In this document: in pieces, positions 17,149 to 26,436 of the stretch
Position numbering within the stretch: the stretch's first letter is position 1
How the letters are laid out: every line of letters begins with the position of its first letter
NCBI GenBank assembly: GCA_947581715.1
Contig: CANPVK010000003.1
Location: 1 to 42,844 of the forward strand
DNA length: 42,844 nucleotides
From: an uncultured Bacilli bacterium
GTDB lineage: Bacteria; Bacillota_I; Bacilli_A; RF39; UBA660
Direction of reading: 5' to 3'
Made by a program: the position numbers and the translations under genes
Notes under the pieces: generated by a model
The model's input: the letters and a program-made list of their open reading frames with translations, nothing else
What the model was told of the DNA's origin: nothing
The model's database searches: none

Positions 17149-18402
17149 CTATTTTGTCTTACTCTGAAAATGATCTTGACTAAAATAAGTATTAATATCA
17201 ATCACAATTTCATCATTAATTGTCAATATTTTATTTTTTGATAAATTGGAATCAATTAATTCTGAATAACCAGTATGACCATATGGAGACCAATACAAAT
17301 ATTCTAAATTTTTTAGCTCTTTTAAAAATGCTAAATCACTATCTTCTTGAATTTCTAATATGTTTAAATAAATTAAACAATTTAAATTAGATAAAGAATT
17401 CAAATTAGAGAGTTCAGAATTATAGGCTAAATTTAAATGATTTAATTTTGTTAAATAACGAATGGAATCGATATCTGTTAAAAGATTCATAGAGATATCC
17501 AAAAATTCTAAATTGACTAAGTTACTAAAATTACTAATATCGGAAATTTGATTGTTGGAAACATTTAATTGAGTTAATTTTTTCAACTGAACAAGAGGAG
17601 TAGAATCCGAAATTTGATTAGATGCTAGATTTAAAGTTACTAAATTTTCTAAAGATGACAAAGGACTAATATCACTGATTGTATCACAATTATTGATTTG
17701 AAGAGTTTTCAATTGAATAAGACTTTTAAGGGGTTCTAAATCAATAATTGGATTAAAATCTAAAAATAAGGTCTTTAAATTAACGAAAGAAGAGATCGAT
17801 TGTAAATCAGAAATATGATTATCACTAAAAGACAAAAATTCTAAATTAGTTAAATTGGAAATAGCATCTATATTAGAAATATGATTTCCACTCAAAGATA
17901 AATTTTTTAATTGCGATAAATGAGAAATAAAAGAAATATCTTCTAGTCCACATCCGGTAATACTAAGAGATGTCAAATCAGGAAAACTACTAATGAAATT
18001 TCCAAATTTTTCTTGAGTTTCTTTAGAGTAATCACAAATACCACCTTTTTCATTCATCAAATAACTAGATATATATAATGTTTCTAGTGTTTTTGGTAAA
18101 TTACACAATTCATCTAATAATTCTAAAAATTGCTTTTCTGTTAAAGAATCAGATATTCTAATTTGTGCAGTAGAATGATCTTCGAATAAATAAATGTAAT
18201 AAGAATGTTCCTGCAATGGCAAATCTTCTTCCTGTTTAGATTCTATTTGTTCTTCTACATCTAATTCTGTATTTTGCATATCAAACATTTCTTGTTCTAA
18301 AGAAACATCAATCATTTTTGGTTCTTGTTTACATCCACATAAAGATATTGGTATCGCAAAAAAAATAGCACGAAAAGTATATTTTAAATTCTGAATTTTC
18401 AC
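17149..18402 (-). CDS. Internalin-like leucine-rich repeat lipoprotein
   Basis: About ten 22-aa LRRs (L..L..L.LS.N.I.DI..L); lipobox-like SLCG-C. Start moved to GTG 18402 after an AGAGGTG RBS because a promoter lies within the longer ORF. Confidence 0.85.
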   Translation of the reverse strand: MKIQNLKYTFRAIFFAIPISLCGCKQEPKMIDVSLEQEMFDMQNTELDVEEQIESKQEEDLPLQEHSYYIYLFEDHSTAQIRISDSLTEKQFLELLDELCNLPKTLETLYISSYLMNEKGGICDYSKETQEKFGNFISSFPDLTSLSITGCGLEDISFISHLSQLKNLSLSGNHISNIDAISNLTNLEFLSFSDNHISDLQSISSFVNLKTLFLDFNPIIDLEPLKSLIQLKTLQINNCDTISDISPLSSLENLVTLNLASNQISDSTPLVQLKKLTQLNVSNNQISDISNFSNLVNLEFLDISMNLLTDIDSIRYLTKLNHLNLAYNSELSNLNSLSNLNCLIYLNILEIQEDSDLAFLKELKNLEYLYWSPYGHTGYSELIDSNLSKNKILTINDEIVIDINTYFSQDHFQSKTK

Positions 18403-18433
18403 TCTAAACACCTCTGTCATTTCAGTAACACCT

Positions 18434-18462
18434 ATAATACTACACTGGCAAAAGAAAGTCAA
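18434..18462 (-). promoter_or_regulatory. sigmaA promoter of the LRR gene
   Basis: Minus strand TTGACT-17 bp-TATTAT. Confidence 0.65.
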
Positions 18463-18507
18463 TTTTTCCAAAACACAAAAAAAGAAATACATATCTCTTT
18501 TTTAAAA

Positions 18508-21063
18508 TTATTTCTTTTTTACTTCATTTTTTAATTCATATAATAGGTTTAATGCCTCCATTGGAGTAATTTCTAAAGGATTAATCGCTTCTAACTTTTG
18601 AGTGATTTTAGTCTCTTCATTTTTTTCTGCATGATTTTCATCAAAATCTAAAAATAAACTAGTTTGAGTAAAAGCATGTTTTTTCTGCTCTTTATGTTCA
18701 TAAATATTCAAGATTTCATCTGCTCTTTCAATCAATTCTTTTGGTAAATGTGCTAAAGAAGCAACATGAATTCCATAACTTTTATCCACTGCTCCATTTT
18801 TAATTTTATGTAAAAAGATAATATTTCCTTGCTCTTCCACTGCACTCACATGAACATTTTTTAAATGAGATAATTCACTGGCTAAGCCTGTCAATTCATG
18901 ATAATGAGTAGAAAATAAAGTTTTCGCATGAATCTTATCATGAATATATTCTAAAATAGCCTGTGCTAAACTCATTCCATCATAAGTAGCAGTTCCTCTT
19001 CCTAATTCATCAAATAATATTAAACTATTTTCAGTTGCTTGAGCAATTGCAGTATTAGCTTCTTTCATTTCTACCATAAAAGTACTCTCACCACTAACTA
19101 AATCATCACTAGCACCAATTCTAGTATAAATAGCATCAAATATCGGAATGATACAATTTTTACAAGGAACAAAGCAGCCTATTTGAGCCATAATAGCAGT
19201 AATTGCTAATTGTCTCATATAGGTACTTTTTCCAGCCATATTAGGTCCTGTAATTAATAAAATATCAGTATCTTTTCCCATGATAATATCATTACAAACA
19301 TATTCTTTCTTATTTACTTTTTCTACTACAGGATGTCTTCCTTCTTTAATTTGTATAATATGTTCATCTGTTATCTCTGGTTTAATATAACCATTTTCCT
19401 CAGAAACAACAGCAAAGGATAATAACATATCAATTTCTGCTATGACCTTTGAAATTTTTTGTAATCTTCCAATATAAGTTTTGCTAATATCTCGAATTTC
19501 TACAAATAATTGATATTCTAATTGAATAATCCTCTCCTCTGCTCCTAAAATAATATCTTCTTTTTCTTTTAGTAAAGGAGTAACATAACGTTCACCTGTT
19601 GTTAAAGTCTGCTTGCGAATCCAACCAAAATCTTCTTTAATCTGACTAATATTTCCCTTGCTAACTTCAATATAATATCCAAAAATTTTATTATAACCAA
19701 TTTTTAAATTTTTGATTCCTGTTCGTTCTTTCTCTTCTTGTTCAATTTTCAAAATAAAATCTTTACTATTCTTACGAATTCCCCTTAACTCATCTAATTC
19801 TGAATGATATCCCTCTTGAATTAAATTTCCTTCATGAATAGAGATAGGGGCATCAGGATTAATAGATTTCTCTAATAAATGATATAAATCAGCTAAAGTT
19901 TCAATTTCCTGATCATAATTTAATTTTTTTAGAATTTCACTAATTTTGGGAAGAACAGCTAATGAATTTTTTAATTGTAACATATCCCTAGCATTACTAT
20001 TTCCATAACTAATTCTACTAGCCAATCTTTCCAAATCATAAACTTGGTCTAATTCTTGCCTTAATTCCTCCTTCAGGATAAATTCTGTTAATAGCTTTTC
20101 AATCACTTGATATCTTCGATTGATTTCATTCTTATCTGTTAAAGGATTCTCAATATTATATTTTAATAATCTACCACCCATTGCTGTTTTTGTTTTATCC
20201 AAAAGCCAAAGAAGTGAATAGGTTCGATCTCGATTACGAATGGTTTCAATTAACTCCAAATTTTTTTTCGTATGAACATCAAAAAGTAAATGTTTTTTAT
20301 GATCAATTATTTCTACTTTCTGTAAATGAGACAGATTTCCTTTTTTCGTTTCTAATAAATAGGAAAGTAGATGATGAATCGTTGTAACCATACGAATATC
20401 TTTTAAATCACTAGTAAGATATTGATAATCATTTTCTTCGTAAATATCATCCCGAATTGTAATTAAAATTTGATATTGTTCTCTTAATAAATTAACAATT
20501 CCTCGATCTAAATTACTACTTACAATGATTTCACTTAAATTATAATTTAATACTTCTTTTACTAAAAGTTCTTCCTGATGTTCTAAAATCATACAGTAAG
20601 AATACCCAGTAGAAATATCAATAAAACTAATCCCATAACAGTATTCAAAATCATAAATATTTCCAATATAATTATAGTCTTTTGAATTTAAACTATCATC
20701 AATTCTAGTTCCTTTTGTAACAATTTGAATGACATCCCGCTCTACCATCCCTTTAGATTCTTTAGGGTCCGTCAATTGCTCACAAATAGCTACTTTATAT
20801 CCTTTTTCGATGAGTTTATCTAAATAACCTTTATAAGCATGATAAGGAATTCCACACATAGGAACCCTTTCTTTTAACCCACAATTTTTTCCTGTTAAAG
20901 TTAATTCCAATTCATGACTTACTTGAATAGCATCTTCAAAAAACATTTCATAAAAATCTCCTAAACGGAAAAAAATAATGGTATCTTCATATTTATCTTT
21001 CATCTCCAAATATTGCTTCATCATGGGAGAAACTTTATTTCTATCAACTTCACTACGTTTCAT
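18508..21063 (-). CDS. mutS: DNA mismatch repair protein MutS
   Basis: PMMKQY, FRLGDFYEMF, TGPNMAGKSTYMRQ, GESTFMVEM, DELGRGT, STHYHEL, SYGIHVA; ATG 21063 after a GTGAGG RBS. Confidence 0.97.
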   Translation of the reverse strand: MKRSEVDRNKVSPMMKQYLEMKDKYEDTIIFFRLGDFYEMFFEDAIQVSHELELTLTGKNCGLKERVPMCGIPYHAYKGYLDKLIEKGYKVAICEQLTDPKESKGMVERDVIQIVTKGTRIDDSLNSKDYNYIGNIYDFEYCYGISFIDISTGYSYCMILEHQEELLVKEVLNYNLSEIIVSSNLDRGIVNLLREQYQILITIRDDIYEENDYQYLTSDLKDIRMVTTIHHLLSYLLETKKGNLSHLQKVEIIDHKKHLLFDVHTKKNLELIETIRNRDRTYSLLWLLDKTKTAMGGRLLKYNIENPLTDKNEINRRYQVIEKLLTEFILKEELRQELDQVYDLERLASRISYGNSNARDMLQLKNSLAVLPKISEILKKLNYDQEIETLADLYHLLEKSINPDAPISIHEGNLIQEGYHSELDELRGIRKNSKDFILKIEQEEKERTGIKNLKIGYNKIFGYYIEVSKGNISQIKEDFGWIRKQTLTTGERYVTPLLKEKEDIILGAEERIIQLEYQLFVEIRDISKTYIGRLQKISKVIAEIDMLLSFAVVSEENGYIKPEITDEHIIQIKEGRHPVVEKVNKKEYVCNDIIMGKDTDILLITGPNMAGKSTYMRQLAITAIMAQIGCFVPCKNCIIPIFDAIYTRIGASDDLVSGESTFMVEMKEANTAIAQATENSLILFDELGRGTATYDGMSLAQAILEYIHDKIHAKTLFSTHYHELTGLASELSHLKNVHVSAVEEQGNIIFLHKIKNGAVDKSYGIHVASLAHLPKELIERADEILNIYEHKEQKKHAFTQTSLFLDFDENHAEKNEETKITQKLEAINPLEITPMEALNLLYELKNEVKKK

Positions 21064-21083
21064 ACTATCTACTAACCTCACTA

Positions 21084-21953
21084 TTACTTTTCTTTTTTCA
21101 AAAATGGAATTATTTTAGCTAATTTTTTTGATTGATTTTTCATATCATATGATAAATTAGGGTTCGTATACAAATATTCCAAAATTTGATTTGATCTTTC
21201 TTCTTTTTGCTGAATCTCTAATAGATATTTTTCTTCTAATTGCTGTAAAAAAGAAAAATATCGTTTAGAAAGAGGATTATCCCCTAAAAAACAGCTAGAA
21301 TATAATTCTAAACTAGTAGTATCTAATATTTGAGAAGAAAAGAAACCTTCCCGATTAATAAAACCACAAAGACTAGTAAGAAAAATTTCTTGCTGATTCT
21401 CATTTGTCGTATAAATATTAGAACAAAAAAACGCAAAATGAGAAAATGAATTTTCCTCCACTAACTCTAAGTCAGAAAAAAATGGAGTAATAATTTTATG
21501 AATTTTAGGTGCATATAAAGCATATTTATTTTCTAATTCTACAGTATTCGCAATTTCTAAAAACCATAATGAATCCTCCTGATCAATGGGATGAATCAGA
21601 AGAGGTTTTGGATCATTAGGATTTGTAGAAAAGAAAACAACTTGAGAATCATGTTGATTAGTAACATGATAATATTTCAAATATTTTACATTAGGAAATT
21701 CAAAACCAAAACATAATTCTTGATAATCCTTTGTACAAATTAATTCTCTTAAAAACATTTCATCCAAAGAAATAATCTCATTTCCATCCACATCAACGTA
21801 TCCAGAAATAGTAGCATGCGCTCTCCTTAATAAAATAAAATATCCATTTCCTATTTTATTTTCTTCTGAAACAAGAGTTGTTATCACACCATATTTATGA
21901 GAAGAAATCACCATCGTTTTTAATATTTCTAATTCTTTTTTCTTAGTACTCAT
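21084..21953 (-). CDS. Hypothetical protein
   Basis: 289-aa open frame co-oriented with mutS; no motif recognised. Confidence 0.6.
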   Translation of the reverse strand: MSTKKKELEILKTMVISSHKYGVITTLVSEENKIGNGYFILLRRAHATISGYVDVDGNEIISLDEMFLRELICTKDYQELCFGFEFPNVKYLKYYHVTNQHDSQVVFFSTNPNDPKPLLIHPIDQEDSLWFLEIANTVELENKYALYAPKIHKIITPFFSDLELVEENSFSHFAFFCSNIYTTNENQQEIFLTSLCGFINREGFFSSQILDTTSLELYSSCFLGDNPLSKRYFSFLQQLEEKYLLEIQQKEERSNQILEYLYTNPNLSYDMKNQSKKLAKIIPFLKKEK

Positions 21954-22014
21954 CTTTTCACATCCAATACTTTTTATTATATCAAAAAAAGAAATACCAA
22001 TAATTTTTTTAAAT

Positions 22015-23043
22015 TTATTTATTCATTTCCTGCAAACTAGTAATAGCCTCTTGAAAAGTATTAACACCTATAATTTTTATATTATAATGATACTTTTTTT
22101 GAAGAGCAATACATTCTTCATAATTTTCTCCATTGGGAACTAAAAAAACATCCATTTTCTTTTTTACAGCACCCATTAATTTATATTTCACACCACCAAT
22201 ACTGCCCACATTCCCATCTAAATCGATTGTTCCAGTACCGGCAATTTGATATCCTTGTGTAATGTCCTTTTCCATCAGTTTATTATAAATGGTAAGTCCT
22301 ACCATCAATCCACCACTCGGACCCGACTCACTATCTGCAAATGAAAAAGAAACAGATGGATCAGTTTCATAATCATAAATTGTAGTTAAGGCCACTCCTA
22401 AAAGCTTTTCCCCATCTGTTTCTTTTACAACAGCATATTTCTCTTTTAACTTTTCCTTTTCTCTAACAGAAATAGAAATTTTATCACCAACATTCTTATC
22501 TTTTAATATTTCACGAATGGTTTCTATTCCAGTGATTTTTTTTCCATCAACCAATACAAGATCGTCCCCAATTTTCAAATTTGTGTCACTATCTTCATCC
22601 AGATAAATTAAATAATAATGAGTATCTTTAATTTTTACTTCTTTTCCCGCTTCTAAATAGGCAACCATAATAGCATTCTGATTTGCTTCTTCTAAATAAA
22701 TCTTATCTCTTTGATAAACATCTTTTTTATTTTCTTTTTGATTTAATGTTACTTCTTCCTTTGGAATCATATCCCAATTAGGAATCACATGTGCTAACAA
22801 ATAAGTAGGAAGTGTTGCATAAAGCTGTTCTACATAACACATATGAAATTTTCCTTCAGTAGAATAACTCTTTGCCACTTGTACTTTATCTTCCGTATTA
22901 ATTGTTCCACCACCAGTATAAATATAAAATGGCAAAGGATAACTAAGTGTAACATAAAAAATCAAACAAAAAAGAAGAAAAAGATAATTAGTTTGGATAA
23001 AATTCTTCATTTTTTCATATAGTTTATTAATCATTCTTATCAC
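22015..23043 (-). CDS. ylbL: YlbL-like PDZ / Lon-type (S16) protease
   Basis: N-terminal TM, PDZ (LKIGDDLVLVDG), GPSGGL (catalytic Ser), IAGTGTI..DG.VG.IGGVKYK (catalytic Lys); divergent from ylbJ. Confidence 0.88.
   Translation of the reverse strand: MIRMINKLYEKMKNFIQTNYLFLLFCLIFYVTLSYPLPFYIYTGGGTINTEDKVQVAKSYSTEGKFHMCYVEQLYATLPTYLLAHVIPNWDMIPKEEVTLNQKENKKDVYQRDKIYLEEANQNAIMVAYLEAGKEVKIKDTHYYLIYLDEDSDTNLKIGDDLVLVDGKKITGIETIREILKDKNVGDKISISVREKEKLKEKYAVVKETDGEKLLGVALTTIYDYETDPSVSFSFADSESGPSGGLMVGLTIYNKLMEKDITQGYQIAGTGTIDLDGNVGSIGGVKYKLMGAVKKKMDVFLVPNGENYEECIALQKKYHYNIKIIGVNTFQEAITSLQEMNK
22995..23023 (+). promoter_or_regulatory. sigmaE-type promoter of ylbJ (within the ylbL 5' end)
   Basis: GGATAAA-14 bp-CATATAGT. 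Confidence 0.5.
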
Positions 23044-23079
23044 CTATTTAATAAATTATAACACGAAAGAAAGAGATTT

Positions 23080-24027
23080 ATGAAAAAAAGAAAGAAAAAT
23101 TTAGGAGTAATTTGCTTATTACTTTTCACCATATTTTACTTAATCACCTGTCCTAAAAATGTAATAGAAAGTGTCACATTTTCTATTTCGATATGGAAAG
23201 AAAATTTATTTCCAACTTTATTTCCTTTTTTTGTAGTATCTCATTTATTAATGCAATATGGTTTTATCGAACTTATGGGAACCATTTTACAAAAGCCAAT
23301 GAACAAATATTTTAAATTGCCAGGATGCTGCGGTTTCGTATTAGCAAGCAGCTTATTTTCTGGATTTCCAAGTGGAGCAAAATATACCAAAGATTTAGTA
23401 GAACAAAATAAAATAACCAAGCAAGAAGCTGCCCGTTTATTAACATTTACCCATTATTCTAATCCTTTATTTATCTTAGGAATGATAGGTACCACTTTAC
23501 TAGCAAATCAAAAAATAGCGATTTTTATTTTAATTTCACATATCATGAGTGGAATTATCACAGGAATTTTTTTTAATAGAAAAGAACCTTATTTAATAGA
23601 AAAGAAACAAGCAAATTTTTCTTTCTCAATGAATAACACACCAAAAACTTTTGGAGAACACTTAACGGATAGTATCATAGATAGCCTCAACACTATGTTT
23701 TTATTACTAGGAATCGTTACCATCTTTTTAATTTTTTCTTCCCTTATACAAGAATACACAAATTTTCCTGCTACCATCCAAACAATCATTTCAGGATTAT
23801 TAGAAATGACACAAGGAGTGAAACTAGCTAGTACTATAAATGAAAGTATTTTTTTCAAAACCATTCTTATTACTGGCATAATTTCTTTTGGAGGACTAAG
23901 TGTACATATGCAAGTATTAGGAATTATTAGTAGCCAAAAAATAAAATACAAACCATTTTTTTTAGCAAGAATTTTTCACGCTATTCTTGCCATGTGGTTT
24001 GTATCCGTACTACTTACATTATTTTAA
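23080..24027 (+). CDS. ylbJ: Sporulation integral membrane protein YlbJ
   Basis: W...LFPTLFPFF, SGFPSGAK, SNPLFILG, GLLEMTQG, SFGGLSVHMQV, ARIFH. Confidence 0.9.
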   Translation: MKKRKKNLGVICLLLFTIFYLITCPKNVIESVTFSISIWKENLFPTLFPFFVVSHLLMQYGFIELMGTILQKPMNKYFKLPGCCGFVLASSLFSGFPSGAKYTKDLVEQNKITKQEAARLLTFTHYSNPLFILGMIGTTLLANQKIAIFILISHIMSGIITGIFFNRKEPYLIEKKQANFSFSMNNTPKTFGEHLTDSIIDSLNTMFLLLGIVTIFLIFSSLIQEYTNFPATIQTIISGLLEMTQGVKLASTINESIFFKTILITGIISFGGLSVHMQVLGIISSQKIKYKPFFLARIFHAILAMWFVSVLLTLF

Positions 24028-24028
24028 C

Positions 24029-25120
24029 TTACATTGTCAACCAAATATCACGAACTTCTCCCGTTATATTTCCCAATCTAGTGAATGTAGAAATAGATAA
24101 ATAATAACGTCCTTGCAAACTAGAAATATCAATCTCTTCTTCTAACCAACCAGAGTCCTGTTGCACTGTAGTAGCATTAGTACTTTTTAAAAAAGCAGCA
24201 AACGACTGATTATTAACAGGCTGTTTTTGAAATCCAATCCAGATATTGGCACTTCCACTAGCATTCGTTAGTTGACTTAATGTTCGATATCTTATATGCA
24301 TTTTTTGATAAGCGGATAAATCAATAGAATAGATACTAGAATAAGTAACACTATTATTTGTTGCACTAGTATTTTGATCTTGAAAAATGATATGTTCTGC
24401 TTCTTGAATTACAGTATGATTCAAATTATTTTTCTTTTCCACCAAATGAAATCCATTTCCTAAAAGATTAGTAGCATGAAAATTAGTAGCAAGATTCTTT
24501 TGTATTAAATAAACATTTTCTTGCTGCTCTTCTCTAATAGATAAAGTAGAGGTAACTAGATGGAGTCCAAAATCCTCACTAAAATTAGAATCTGAAATAT
24601 ATAGATCAATACTATATATATAGATAATCTTACCATCTTCTAAAACAGCAGAATCAGTACTCAATAATTCGGTATCTAGAATTTTAATGGATTGAAATTC
24701 CTCCATTTGTCTACCTTCTGGAATTGTTTTTGGTATCGGATCATGAATGGGATATTTGATCCCATCATAATATAAAAATTTGTTTTCCATACTACTACGA
24801 CTACTGGTATCCACTTTCCCTACTCCAAAAGCTTTCTCCGTTCCATCCTGAAACAAAATATTAATACATTGGCTTAAATCAGGAATCACTGCACACGCTC
24901 CCGCATCGTTAATTTCTTGTACACCTCTCGTTAAAAAATCATCTTGAATATCTTTTGTGATAGTATTTTTAAATGTCTCTAATTCCAATTTTTTCAGTTG
25001 AAGAATTGCCTTTTCACGATAATTCATAACAATCGTAATCATCCCAAAAAATATACCCATGATCAAAGTAAAAGTTAACACTGTTTCAATAATACTCATT
25101 CCCTTATCATTTAATTTCAT
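24029..25120 (-). CDS. Type IV prepilin-like protein with C-terminal beta-sandwich domain
   Basis: Class III signal MKLNDKG|MSIIE (Gly -1, Glu +5) followed by a hydrophobic helix; beta-rich C-terminal ~165 aa. Confidence 0.8.
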   Translation of the reverse strand: MKLNDKGMSIIETVLTFTLIMGIFFGMITIVMNYREKAILQLKKLELETFKNTITKDIQDDFLTRGVQEINDAGACAVIPDLSQCINILFQDGTEKAFGVGKVDTSSRSSMENKFLYYDGIKYPIHDPIPKTIPEGRQMEEFQSIKILDTELLSTDSAVLEDGKIIYIYSIDLYISDSNFSEDFGLHLVTSTLSIREEQQENVYLIQKNLATNFHATNLLGNGFHLVEKKNNLNHTVIQEAEHIIFQDQNTSATNNSVTYSSIYSIDLSAYQKMHIRYRTLSQLTNASGSANIWIGFQKQPVNNQSFAAFLKSTNATTVQQDSGWLEEEIDISSLQGRYYLSISTFTRLGNITGEVRDIWLTM

Positions 25121-25124
25121 CTCT

Positions 25125-26345
25125 TCACCTACTTAACTTTTCCTTTTCTACCACAATAACAGGTCGTATCCCAAATTTTTGATAACGATTTCTAATTTCA
25201 GGATCAACAAATTGACTTGGATTTGGATTAGTATCATTGATAAAAGCTGGAGAAATTAAATTTTTTTGAACAGTCCAAGCCATTTCTGGGTTATCAAAAG
25301 CCATGTTTGCCATCCAATACCCATCGGTTTCCCCTAAATTAGTAAACAAATATTGTAATTTTTCATCTACAATAGGAATAGAAAATAAAACTTTTTGCTG
25401 AAAATAATCCTCTTCTATTGTCTGCCCTAAAATAGTATATAAATCCAAAGGTTCTAATAATCTACTACGATATCCATTATAAGAAATGGTATAGTCATTT
25501 ATCGTATAAGTATCTCTTGCTGTCAAAGGAGTAACATTGATCCAAGAATCTGTAGATGATTTCAAACTAGACAAAACCAAATTAGGTGCACCTGCACTAT
25601 CGCTAAAAAAGGTATTAGTACCCATATTTTCTGCTAAAATAAGAGTTACTGTTTTTTCAAAGGAAGAACTATTTTTTAATACATAAAAAGTTCTTTCTCG
25701 ATCACCTGGATTAAATTTAATTTCCTCACCCATAGTATATCTTGGATACTTTCCATCATAGATCACCAAATTAGCATATCTTAAAGAAGTAGACTGATCT
25801 GCATTTACTATTGTCCTAGTAATAAATAAACGATACTTACCAACTAAAGTTTGATTAGAATCATTTTCATCATAAAAAGAATCTTTATCTGGAATAGTAT
25901 TCATATAATTACGAAAATTACTAAGTCTGCCTGAATCAAAAAAATCATCTGTCTTCACTTCATTTCGAAATTGTTCGAGTTGATTATAATCAATTAAAAA
26001 TATAAAATCATCTTCTAAAATTCCTAAAGATTCCTTTAAAGCCACGCAATAGTCTGAATTCATATAAATGTCAGAATTAGTACAATCCGAAATATTTAAA
26101 TAAGAACGACTTTGTAAATAATCATCAATATAATCGTTATTAGCATAACGTATCAATAACTGCTTATACAAATTACTAGCATACACACTATCAATATCAT
26201 CATAAGTAGCTAGAGCTTCATACTGACCAATAGAAGGAACAATATTCTGATAAACTAAAATAAATAATGTCGCTACAAATATTGTAACAATTAACGTTTC
26301 AACCAAAATAAACCCCTTTTTATTCAATAATTTCATAAAATTCAC
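25125..26345 (-). CDS. Type IV prepilin-like protein with C-terminal CLec-like domain
   Basis: MKLLNKKG|FILVE class III signal; C-terminal FYVL...RLL...GYW...AW.V...GIRPVI pattern. The true start is probably the ATG at 26336. Confidence 0.8.
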   Translation of the reverse strand: MNFMKLLNKKGFILVETLIVTIFVATLFILVYQNIVPSIGQYEALATYDDIDSVYASNLYKQLLIRYANNDYIDDYLQSRSYLNISDCTNSDIYMNSDYCVALKESLGILEDDFIFLIDYNQLEQFRNEVKTDDFFDSGRLSNFRNYMNTIPDKDSFYDENDSNQTLVGKYRLFITRTIVNADQSTSLRYANLVIYDGKYPRYTMGEEIKFNPGDRERTFYVLKNSSSFEKTVTLILAENMGTNTFFSDSAGAPNLVLSSLKSSTDSWINVTPLTARDTYTINDYTISYNGYRSRLLEPLDLYTILGQTIEEDYFQQKVLFSIPIVDEKLQYLFTNLGETDGYWMANMAFDNPEMAWTVQKNLISPAFINDTNPNPSQFVDPEIRNRYQKFGIRPVIVVEKEKLSR

Positions 26346-26436
26346 TTTCCTTTATTGATTCTACTTTAAATTTATTATATAATAAAAATGTATAAAATGC
26401 TACAAAAAGATAAAAAGAATAGTTGAGGGGAAAGAT

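Noticed and set aside
17300-18000. LRR region as a DNA tandem repeat or CRISPR-like array
   Set aside because: The 66-bp periodicity is degenerate at DNA level and fully explained by protein leucine-rich repeats.
23589-23951. 120-aa antisense ORF and the other 60-75 aa ORFs overlapping long genes
   Set aside because: Shadow frames of well-supported genes with no recognisable motifs.
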